This document shows, piece after piece, positions 13,001 through 20,414 of a stretch of DNA of 28,199 nucleotides (positions are counted from its first letter, which is position 1; every line of letters begins with the position of its first letter). Both the position numbers and the translations under genes were made by a program. This DNA is from Macrostomum lignano (Eukaryota): positions 1-28,199 of the forward strand of contig NIVC01005031.1 in NCBI GenBank assembly GCA_002269645.1, read 5' to 3'. Below the pieces are notes generated by a model. The model saw only the letters and a program-made list of their open reading frames with translations. It searched no databases and was not told the origin of the DNA.

Positions 13001-16000
13001 TAAGAGAATGGAGAGGAGAGAAGAGAGGACGAGAGGAGAGGAGAGGAGAGGCGAGTAGAGGTGAGGAGAGGAGAGGAGAGGAGAAGAGAGGAGAGGAGAG
13101 GAGAGGAAAGGAGAGAAGAGAAGAGGAGAGGAGATTAGAGGAGAGGAGAGGAGAGGAGAGGAGAGGAGAGGAGAGGAGAGGAGAGGAGAGGAGAGGAGAG
13201 GAGAGGAGCGAAGAGGAGAAGAGAAGAGAGGAGAGGAGAGGAGAGGAGAGGAGAGGAGAGAGAGGAGAGGAGAGGAGAGGAGAGGAGAGGAGAGGAGAGG
13301 AGAGGAGAGGAGCGAAGAGGAGAAGAGAAGAGAAGAGAGGAGAGGAGAGGAGAGGAGAGGAGAGGAGAGGAGAGGAGAGGAGAGGAGAGGAGAGGAGAGG
13401 AGAGGAGAGGAGAGGAGAGGAGAGGAGAGGAGAGGAGAGGAGAGGAGAAGAGAGGAGAGTAGAGGAGAGGAGAGGAGAGGAAAGGAGAGGAGAGTAGAGG
13501 AGAGGAGAGAAGAGAAGAGAGGACGAGAGGAGAGGAGAGGAGAGGAGAAGAGAAGAGAGGAGAGAGAAGAGAAAAAGAGAGAGATAATATTAGAGAGAAC
13601 AGAGCTGGGAAGAGACAAACCTTGAGCAGGCCGGACTGCTATTGCGAAGTTTCGAAGGACCCGAGGGCCGGACAGAGACTTTACGGACCGCATGTGGCCC
13701 GTGGTCATTTTCTGACCTTTCTTATATTTTTTACTTTAAGTGAACACGAAGTCAGAAATTAACGTGGTGCATATTATAACATCTAAACTTTCCTGTTCTC
13801 AAAATGGTTCGGCCCTATTGGATTCAATTTTGGGTTACAATAAACTCCTTAATCCCCATCATCGCCGTATCATCTCACCCCCTGCTCTGCCTCGATGAAG
13901 CTGTGCAGATCGCCCACTGACAGGCAATCGCCATCTGATGAGTATCTGCGGGCAGGCAGTCGATGGATTCTGTCAGTCAGGGACGCCTAGAAAAGCTAGA
14001 AATCTGGATTAGAAACAGAGCTCTGACTTCACGTGGGTCATTTTTTCATAATGAATTTATTTAGAAATTTGAAAAAAATACAATTCATAGAAATATTCAG
14101 TAATTATATAGAAAATTTTTTTTTAAGCCTCGAGAATATTTGATTTTTCATCACTATTATTTGAGAACTTTGTAAGGGTGCCGGTGCAGCTGACGGGAGC
14201 TAGATGATGAAGCTTATCGCAAGATGAGATCGGTGAGGCTGGAATTATCCCGCGGGAGTCCCACAATACAGATCCGGATCGAGAGATTTGGGGGTGGTTT
14301 GCGCAGCTGGGATGTGCTCAAGGCCGGTGCACAGCCCACCTGTTGATCAGGGCGCTCACGCGATGCTCAGTCAACACAGGTGATACCTGCTGGCCGACTG
14401 CGATTTAAGAAATTCTCTTTGACAATTCTCTCTGCCGACAGGGATGTGAATTTTTATCAGTAAAAGTTCTGCTCAAATTTTGCCATTATGAACTCAATTT
14501 CGGCCTTTAAACTGAGCTTTTGTGTGCTATGCTATGTTGCCAATATTTTTATTGTATAAACCACAGTTCTGTGGTATAAAATATAAATATACATAATTCA
14601 ATACAGTATGAATAACTTCAAGAGCTAATAGGAAAGTGCTTGTAGCTAGGGAAGTGTTTTGCAGATATGGGGGAGCGGATTGCAGATATTGGGCAGCTGA
14701 TTGCAGATATGGGGGAGTGGATTGCAGATATTGGGCAGCTGATTGCAGATATTGGGCAGCTGATTGCAGATATTGGGCAGCTGATTGCAGATATTGGGCA
14801 GCTGATTGCAGATATTAGACAGCTGATTGCAGATATTGGGCAGCTGATTGCAGATATTGGCATCGGACTGCAGCCCAACCTGACTAGCAGGAAGTAGATC
14901 TCGGGCCTGGTGGAAATCTCCTTGAAGAGGCTCGCGAACTCGGCGCTGTTCAGCCGGCCGGGCGATGCCACGGGATTCAGCAGGTCCGCCTCCTGCAGTT
15001 TGCAAGAGAAGGGCTCGCACCGTATTTACAATTTGAGGACAAGATTATTTTAAAGCATCCTTAACGCAATTGCGAACCTTCAGTTTTGTCCGAATTCGAA
15101 TGGAGTTCACGCCGGAGTTGAATTTCTTCACCAGCTGGATTGCCTCCCGCTCGTCCAGGAGGCCTTCGCTGTCTGGGGAGGCCGCTGAGAACAGCTCCTC
15201 CAGCCAGCTGCGGGGGATGTACAGGTAGTTTTATGAACAGACCCCTATCTTCTCTTAGAACTCATGATTTTGTGTCTAATGCGATTAAGAGTCAACTGAC
15301 TCCGGCCTTCTTACCAAAATCTGCCATAGAGTCTGAGATGTAAATAAGGTCAACTGACCTCTGACTACTATGAAAGTCTGACGATAATAGGGGGTCCAAC
15401 TGACCCCTGACTTTTATGAAGGTCTGAGAATACAAGGAAAGGGTCAACTGACCCCCGACTTTAATGAAGGTCTGAGAATACTAGGAAAGGGTCAACTGAC
15501 CCCCGACTTCTATGAAGGTCTGAGGATACTAGGGGGGTCAACTAACCCCTGACTTCTATAAAAGTCTGCCTTCAAGGCTGGGTGATAAGTGGGGGTCAAT
15601 TGACCCCTGACTTCTATGAAGGGTTGAGGATACTACGGGGGAGTCAACTGACCCCTGACTTCTATGAAGGGTTGAGGATACTACGGGGGAGTCAAGTGAC
15701 CCCCAAATTTTATGAAGGTCTGAGGATACTACGGGGGGGTCAACCGACCCCTGACTTCTATAAAAGTCTGCCTTAAAGGCTGGGGTGATAAATTGGGGGT
15801 CAATTGACCTCTGGATACTGTGGAAGGGTCTGTATTTTGTACTATCCTATTATGCATGTATCAAATGTCTGCATTGGTATCTGAGAATACTAAAGAGAGG
15901 TCAATTGAACCATTATGAATACATGTAAAAGTCTATTTTAGCAATAAAGAAAACAAAGAAGGTCAACTGACCCCCTGATTTCTAGATTTCTATGAAAGTT

Positions 16001-18640
16001 ACACCGTAGTATCTGGCGATAGTAGGGAGGTACAACTGCCTCAACTGACTCCTATGATGTCTACAGCTACATCAAAAGTCAGCGGAATCTGGAAGACCCC
16101 TTGAAACATTGTAGAAAGTTGAAGAGCTCTTACCGGTCCCGCATGAGCTGCGGCCTGTCGTGTCCCGCTTCGCCAGTAGCATCTGGGTGCAATATTAAAG
16201 ATAGGTAATCATTGATTGTGCACAGAGCACTCTAAGCACATTTAAGTTATCACCCCTCAGATTAATCAAGTTATCACCCCTCAGATTACTCAAGTTATAA
16301 CCCCTCAGATTACTCAAGTTATCACACCTTAAAATACTCAAGTTATCACCCCTAGTATGCTCAAGTTATCATCCCTTAGAATACTCAAGTTATCACCCCT
16401 CAGATTACTCCCTCCAACCAACGCCTCTGACGCCCTTCCCGATCAGATCGCACCTTTCTGGCCATTGATGAGGCAGCCCAGGCCGGTGACCCACACGCTG
16501 GCAGCGTCCACCAATGCCGTCACCAGGTCGATGCAGCGCTGCTTGGGTTTCGACGTGCCGCCGCCGATTCTGCCCGAAGTCTCAATCACGATGGTGAAGG
16601 CGCAGTCAGGCGACTGCGTGGCGGCGACGCTGCTCCCGCGAAGTGCCGCCGTAGTCCGACCACGGCGGACTTCTTTGAGATCGGCGACTGACACTGAGTG
16701 ATTTAGTGAGGGTGGGGTTGGGGGTGGACAGAAGGGGTCTGGGACTAACGAGCTTAAACTTTGATTATCGCGTGACCCCAGCGATGCGAAAACCTTCAGC
16801 TCTATGGGAATTGGAAATGCACTTGAGCGTGATGCCAACTTTTTAAACCTTCTTCGCACTGGTTATCAAATTCTTCTCAATTCTGGAATTCCTCAGGTTA
16901 TTTGAATCTAAAATGTATTTGGTAAAAAAGTAGCCTTTCAAAAGTTAGGGTTTTAGACTTTTGACTCCCAGTGTCTTTTTACTGGCAGTGTCTTTTGACT
17001 GGCAGTGTCTTTTGACTGGCAGTGTCTTTTGACTGGCAGTGTCTTTTGACTGGCAGTGTCTTTTGACTGGCAGTATCTTTTGACTGGCAGTGTCTTTTGA
17101 CTCCCGGTGTCTTTTGACTGGCAGTATCTTTTGACTGGCAGTGTCTTTTGACTGACAGTGTCTTTTGACTCCCGGTGTCTTTTGACTGGCAATGTCTTTT
17201 GACTGGCAGTGTCTTTTGACTGGCAGTGACTTTTGATTGCCAGTTGCGGACTGCCGACGATTTAAGGTTAGGGTTTATGTGGGTTAGGGTTTAGGTGGGT
17301 TAGGGTTTAGGTGGGTTAGGGTTTAGGTGGGTTAGGGTTTAGGTGGGTTAGGGTTTAGGTGGGTTAGGGTTTAGGTGGGTTAGGGTTTAGGTGGGTTAGG
17401 GTTTAGGTGGGTTAGGGTTTAGGTGGGTTAGGGTTTAGGTGGATTAGGGTTTAGGTGGGTTAGGGTTTAGGTGGGTTAGGGTTTAGGTTAGGGTTTAGGT
17501 GGGTTAGGGTTTAGGTGGGTTAGGGTTTAGGTGGGTTAGGGTTTAGGTGGGTTAGGGTTTAGGTGGGTTAGGGTTTAAGTTAGGGTTTAGGTGGGTTAGG
17601 GTTTAGGTGGGTTAGGGTTTAGGTGGGTTAGGGTTTAGGTGGGTTAGGGTTTAGGTGGGTTAGGGTTTTGGTGGGTTAGGGTTTAGGTGGGTTAGGGTTT
17701 AGGTGGGTTAGGGTTTAGGTGGGTTAGGGTTTAGATGGGTTAGGGTTTAGGTTAGGGTTTAGGTGGGTTAGGGTTTAGGTGGGTTAGGGTTTAGGTGGGT
17801 TAGGGTTTAGGTTAGGGTTTAGGTGGGTTAGGGTTTAGGTGGGTTAGGGTTTAGGTGGGTTAGGGTTTAGGTTAGGGTTTAGGTGGGTTAGGGTTTAGGT
17901 GGGTTAGGGTTTAGGTTAGGGTCGGCAGTCGAATTGTGTCAGTCAAAAGTCGCAGACCTAAAGAATTGATCGATTTTGGTTTTAAGCAAAGTACAAATGG
18001 AGACTGCCAAGAGATAGATGACAACTCAATAGAAATTAAAGCTTCATTAATATTGGTCTGGAAGATTCCATAAAGGTACAGAATTGAAAGACGAAATAAA
18101 AATAGGAAGAGTATAAAGAAGTCAAATGCAGCTCAAACACTCGGGAATCTTTTTTCTGATCGACAGCTCATATAGCTTAGCCACTCGCTTTCTCAGATCC
18201 TCTGTCCGAGTAGTTGACATTGGGATGAAAGAGGATCAATTTAAGCCCAAAAAATCCACCCAGCCAGCCCAAAAGACAGCTTAACAAGCTAGAGGTAATT
18301 CTTTTAGCCGAAATCCGGCTTACCTGAGCCCCAAGGATTAATTAACTTTCACCTGAAGGGAGAATATTTATAACAAAGTCAGTGAGTGACAGGTTAAGGC
18401 AAAAGTTTCGACTAAGAAGATTAACTCAGAGGACTATTCGCTAGCCTACTAATGGTCGCTCCAGAGAAAATTATTTGCTTTTTGCCAGGCTGTCTCGACC
18501 CTCCCGTATCGAACGGCTGCCCCCATCAGGTTGAGGAAAATATTATACTGACTATTCAACTGTAAGCATCAAAAAGAGGGAGCCGAATCAGTCCTCCGGG
18601 CTGCTCGGGTTTCTTATCGTCTTTTTGGGCGGGGTTTCCT

Positions 18641-18709
<69 letters not shown>

Positions 18710-19965
18710 AGGGGATTGGGGAATAGGTATTCTGAGTTACCCAAACCCGCCACCCGCGAGTATCTACAGTGTGGTGTGTGTGTGTGTGGTGTGTGTGTGT
18801 GTGTCAGCGCAGCCGAGCAGAGTTTGTCCATGATGATGCGGGAAGGAGGTACTCAGACTGGCCAAGATCGGTGGCGCCTACAGGAGACGCACCGGGCGTT
18901 GGCTGCTGGGGCGTGGCTGGCCCTGCAATATCGATTCCCATATATCTTATAGCATCCTGTTGACACCGCCACGCGGCCTCATGCACGCTAAACTGTTTTC
19001 CATATAGCTGTTGCTGCTGGCTCCGTCAGGAAAATAAAAAGCGGTATTTTTAGAAAGAAAAACAACAAAACCGCTAAATGAGGGGAAGGGGGTCTTCGTG
19101 CGGTTGACAAGTTCACCTGCAGCTTTGTGCGGCTTCTTAGACGATGGCCACCAACGAATTTCCATGGCCTCCAGGTCAAGGTAGAAGTGGCGCTTGTAGT
19201 GCCGGCCGTTCGACCTAATTTTGAACATCTCTGTGCCCTCTTGCATATAGTTGAGACAGTCGAGTGCTGCAAATATTTAGGGGAATGAAGCCTTAGATTG
19301 GAACAGGATGATCCATGATTATGAGGGGTTATACCTTTATGATTATGAGGGGTTATACCTTTATGATTATGAGGGGTTATACCTTTATGATTATGAGGGG
19401 TTATACCTTTATGATTATGAGGGGTTATACCTTTATGATGAAGTTATTATTTTGACGATAGTTGTTTTTAGTTTTGATCTGTGTGTAGTCCGTACGTGTG
19501 ATTCAAATGGTTTGTGCACAAAGCAAGGCTACCGCTGCATCGGACTTGAACTCAATTTAAGGCTGATTTGAGACGCGAAACTATGAAAAAATGCAGAAAA
19601 TATTTTTAAGTATAATTTGTTAGATAGCGCGTAGATATAAAAGATTTCTATTGTTGCAGTGCCTAAAACACTAATAAAATGAATAAATTATGCTTATTGA
19701 CTACACTGCACTATACCAACCGATACTTACCATCGACGACCTTAATTTTTGGTTCATTCGATGTTGCTAAGAAGGACACTTCTTTCTTGCGGTGTCCAAC
19801 AATGGTGCCTTCCGCTGAAAGCCGATCGCCCTGGAATATTGGCTTAGGCACACTATCCTTTGACGCTTCAGTAATTGCTTCTTCTTCCGTATTCAATAAA
19901 CTTTCACTCAAATCCTCGTCATTATTGTTTAGACTTTCACTCTTCTCATGCACTGGACTCGACAT
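3751..19965 (-). CDS. PLCL2: Phospholipase C-like protein (PLCL1/PLCL2, PRIP family); 18 coding exons, ~1064 aa
   Basis: Manual splicing gives one open frame with all introns GT-AG and in phase. Family motifs: RKKEVSF...[12 protein letters not shown] domain, [28 protein letters not shown] boxes, C2 (DPFVQVELFG...[15 protein letters not shown]), tail [14 protein letters not shown]. Probably co-orthologous to both vertebrate PLCL1 and PLCL2. Confidence 0.93.
4115..4438 (+). mobile_element. tRNA-derived SINE, copy B (inverted relative to copy A)
   Basis: B-box-like GGCTCGATTCC at 4163-4173; the body is the reverse complement of 2600-2880 with scattered mismatches. Confidence 0.75.
4575..5172 (+). 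mobile_element. Internally deleted Tc1/mariner (IS630 superfamily) DNA transposon
   Basis: Terminal inverted repeats CTTTTTGCGATCTAGTTTGCCAAAACTGC (from ~4578) and GCAGTTTTGGCAAACTAGATCGCAAAAAG (5141-5169), TA on both outer sides, inner inverted match 4721-4757 vs 5118-5152, and an internal HTH ORF. Confidence 0.85.
4791..5039 (+). CDS. Truncated Tc1-type transposase: N-terminal paired-like HTH only (82 aa)
   Basis: ...[53 protein letters not shown] fits the Tc1/IS630 HTH plus GRP-like linker; no DDE domain follows. Confidence 0.7.
   Translation: MAQRGPFNRISAKDRQRLIQAYQDGEDWQDFGRLLGISRRTVTYIVGQFNATGRIEPLPRGGAKRRFLNNAMIESICAYVYH
5354..5811 (-). CDS. PLCL2: PLCL exon 17: (G)[11 protein letters not shown]...GLAAFEQ
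   Basis: atctag acceptor, CAG|gtgacg donor, phase 1 to 0; GYRHV-like end of C2. Confidence 0.9.
6000..6120. mobile_element. Short dispersed repeat / MITE-like fragment
   Basis: CTAGTGAACGCATAGCGGCTGAATGGAGTAATGCCATAGACAAAATCGGTCGA matches the reverse complement of ~11425-11515; TTTTCTTAGAAATC occurs in both. Confidence 0.55.
6366..6576 (-). CDS. PLCL2: PLCL exon 16: C2 domain [10 protein letters not shown]...VDCLQT(G)
   Basis: gcag acceptor, G|gtgagg donor; classic PLC C2 sequence. Confidence 0.95.
6952..7257 (-). CDS. PLCL2: PLCL exon 15: Y-box end and C2 start, [12 protein letters not shown]...DPFVQ
   Basis: ttccag acceptor, CAG|gtgcgg donor; RxDSxN, [11 protein letters not shown] and NGxCGFVLKP motifs. 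Confidence 0.95.
7370..7460. repeat. Degenerate SINE-body-like fragment (CCTGAGCACACACAGG units)
   Basis: Shares CTGGTGCA, CCTGAGCACACA and CAGGCACAC words with SINE copies A and C. Confidence 0.35.
7531..7643 (-). CDS. PLCL2: PLCL exon 14: (A)[19 protein letters not shown]...SRQRIVQ
   Basis: cgcag acceptor, CAG|gttagt donor, phase 1 to 0; divergent Y-box start. Confidence 0.88.
7677..8071. repeat. 16-bp telomere-like minisatellite (GAATCTAAACCCTACC), ~24 copies
   Basis: Tandem units with a CTAAACCCTA core that fill most of intron 13. Confidence 0.95.
8109..8211 (-). CDS. PLCL2: PLCL exon 13: [19 protein letters not shown]...
   Basis: atgctag acceptor, G|gtgagc donor; LxxELSDL Y-box entry motif. 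Confidence 0.92.
8346..8634 (-). CDS. PLCL2: PLCL exon 12: (D)[11 protein letters not shown]...LIKGRALP...DQTKKR
   Basis: ctcaag acceptor, CGG|gtgagt donor; PxIxxLExHC and [13 protein letters not shown] X-box end motifs. Confidence 0.93.
8950..10150 (+). mobile_element. Degenerate, internally deleted Bel/Pao LTR-retrotransposon relic
   Basis: 8948-9325 resembles Pao gag (DUF1759-like: [10 protein letters not shown]...[13 protein letters not shown]...ELENFTD). 9440-9770 reads TLFGAILNG...[10 protein letters not shown]...[14 protein letters not shown], like the pre-RT segment (TxFGWxLxG...FWxLExxGI...DGRYxVxLP). A weak RNase H-like VIVCGKS lies at ~10015-10045. Confidence 0.7.
11098..11218 (-). 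CDS. PLCL2: PLCL exon 11: (L)[22 protein letters not shown]...AFHGT(D)
   Basis: ccttcag acceptor, GA|gtgagt donor; WDG...YHGxTLTS X-box motif. Confidence 0.96.
11420..11515. mobile_element. Second copy (inverted) of the 6000-6120 dispersed repeat
   Basis: Reverse complement aligns with 6043-6110. Confidence 0.55.
11776..11861 (-). CDS. PLCL2: PLCL exon 10: [28 protein letters not shown]
   Basis: tttccag acceptor, T|gtgagt donor, phase 2 to 1; matches YLxxDQL...YxRAL...ELD. Confidence 0.92.
12105..12275 (-). mobile_element. Partial, diverged SINE copy C
   Basis: GTGTACAGCAGCCCTGACTGTCTAATCGTCAGGCATGTGCAC resembles GTGTACAGCGGCCCTAACTGTATTTATCGTTAGGCATGTACAC of copy A. Confidence 0.6.
12302..12419 (-). 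CDS. PLCL2: PLCL exon 9: (G)[38 protein letters not shown](T)
   Basis: caccag acceptor, AC|gtgagc donor; QDMxQPLxHYFI X-box start. Confidence 0.96.
12645..12738 (-). CDS. PLCL2: PLCL exon 8: [31 protein letters not shown](G)
   Basis: acccag acceptor, G|gtgagt donor; EF-hand region. Confidence 0.93.
12875..13590. repeat. (GAGAG)n polypurine microsatellite, ~700 bp
   Basis: Almost pure purine pentamer run with degenerate ends. Confidence 0.97.
13605..13725. mobile_element. Degenerate hAT-type MITE fragment
   Basis: ACCCGAGGGCCGGAC...CCCGCATGTGGCCCGTGG resembles the GGCCCGCGGGCCG / GGGCCGCATGTGGCCCG subterminal motifs of Charlie-type hAT elements; termini not resolved. Confidence 0.4.
13879..13945 (-). 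CDS. PLCL2: PLCL exon 7: (R)[22 protein letters not shown]
   Basis: ccgcag acceptor, GGG|gtgaga donor; DLxxFLExEQG-like motif. Confidence 0.93.
14658..14860. repeat. 21-bp minisatellite (GCAGATATTGGGCAGCTGATT), ~10 copies
   Basis: Tandem units starting ~20 bp from the exon 6 donor. Confidence 0.95.
14880..14992 (-). CDS. PLCL2: PLCL exon 6: [37 protein letters not shown](R)
   Basis: ctgcag acceptor, AG|gttggg donor; [10 protein letters not shown] is characteristic of PLCL. Confidence 0.95.
15078..15207 (-). CDS. PLCL2: PLCL exon 5: (R)[43 protein letters not shown]
   Basis: ccgcag acceptor, AAG|gttcgc donor; first EF region. Confidence 0.92.
15290..16060. repeat. 48-bp minisatellite with palindromic core GGGTCAACTGACCC, ~13 copies
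   Basis: Cores 48 bp apart at 15643, 15691 and 15739; degenerate copies at both ends; fills most of intron 4. Confidence 0.9.
16134..16182 (-). CDS. PLCL2: PLCL exon 4: (D)[15 protein letters not shown](R)
   Basis: acccag acceptor, CG|gtaaga donor; the 49-bp exon reconciles phase 1 to 2. Confidence 0.85.
16243..16410. repeat. 24-bp minisatellite (CAAGTTATCACCCCTCAGATTACT), ~7 copies
   Basis: Directly visible tandem units. Confidence 0.93.
16454..16693 (-). CDS. PLCL2: PLCL exon 3: PH domain second half, (V)[14 protein letters not shown]...[25 protein letters not shown]
   Basis: cactcag acceptor, G|gtgcga donor; KEVRxG and DLV...WVTGL motifs. Confidence 0.94.
16952..17240. repeat. 17-bp minisatellite (CAGTGTCTTTTGACTGG), ~16 copies
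   Basis: Directly visible tandem units. Confidence 0.95.
17265..17920 (+). repeat. Interstitial telomere-like array (GGGTTAGGGTTTAGGT)n, ~40 units, with a 60-bp higher-order repeat in the right third
   Basis: Each 16-bp unit contains TTAGGG; the 60-bp blocks starting 17761 and 17821 are identical (3x16 + 12 bp). Confidence 0.97.
18642..18707. repeat. (CA)n microsatellite, with a facing (GT)n run at ~18770-18805
   Basis: Directly visible. Confidence 0.95.
19117..19266 (-). CDS. PLCL2: PLCL exon 2: PH domain first half, (A)[49 protein letters not shown]
   Basis: tttgcag acceptor, G|gtgaac donor; the basic residues of the beta1-beta2 phosphoinositide-binding loop are present. Confidence 0.95.
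19312..19440. repeat. 24-bp minisatellite (ATGATTATGAGGGGTTATACCTTT), 5 copies
   Basis: Directly visible near-perfect tandem units. Confidence 0.95.
19731..19965 (-). CDS. PLCL2: PLCL first coding exon: MSSPVHEK...[20 protein letters not shown]
   Basis: ATG at 19965 with an in-frame upstream TGA; G|gtaagt donor joins exon 2 in phase (KIKVVDALDC); RKKxVSF motif of PRIP proteins. Confidence 0.88.
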
Positions 19966-20402
19966 GATTACGAATCAATCTAGAAATATATCAGTCACCA
20001 GAAGTAGATATTATAAAGTTTCACCCGTCATTTCTCTGAAAATAAATTTAGTGAGAGGCATATGACAGTTTTTACATGCATTTAACATCCTTTTCGACAT
20101 ATCCAATTTCTGATATGAAATAGCTGTAGCTGTAAACTAAACCTTGGTAGAGGAGTGAGAAAAGAGAAGAGAAAAGAGAGCAGTGAGCAAAGAGAAGAGA
20201 GAGAGGAGAGAAGACGAGATGATATTGTGGCGGGTGCTTAATAATAACTGTATTCACGTTGCCTTTCTTTACGCACAAATTTTGTTCCTGATAAAAAAAC
20301 TTGACATCTATAAGCGTAAAAATATTATTTTCTTAGCCATAGATACTCACGTGCCATTAGTACTAGTAAATCTGTTACTTAGTGGAAATTTTGTTTAACT
20401 AT

Positions 20403-20414
20403 GTCCGCCATTTT
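20403..20414 (-). promoter_or_regulatory. YY1-like motif AAAATGGCGGAC, ~440 bp upstream of the PLCL ATG
   Basis: Motif match only; this motif is also common in transposons. Confidence 0.2.

Noticed and set aside
12842-13708. 288-aa minus-strand ORF rich in SSPLL
   Set aside because: It is the translation of the (CCTCT)n microsatellite, open only because the repeat lacks stops.
14336-14397. Splice-site-flanked GC-rich segment in intron 6 ([20 protein letters not shown]) resembling exon 8
   Set aside because: Its open frame is phase 1 to 2, but this intron needs phase 2 to 2 and that frame has a stop; the similarity to exon 8 is weak.
15582-15776. ORF of [15 protein letters not shown] repeats
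   Set aside because: Translation of the 48-bp minisatellite.
16953-17192. ORF of [15 protein letters not shown] repeats
   Set aside because: Translation of the 17-bp minisatellite.
17265-17920. A true chromosome end
   Set aside because: It is internal to an intron with the gene continuous on both sides, the unit is 16 bp rather than pure TTAGGG, and inverted repeats flank it.
18560-18960. Possible extra PLCL exon or V-SINE-like fragment (AAGAAACCCGAGCAGCCCGGAGGA)
   Set aside because: The PH domain is already complete from exons 2 and 3; the SINE-like match is short and no other SINE parts are visible.
19308-19571. ORF of YDYEGLYL repeats
   Set aside because: Translation of the 24-bp minisatellite.
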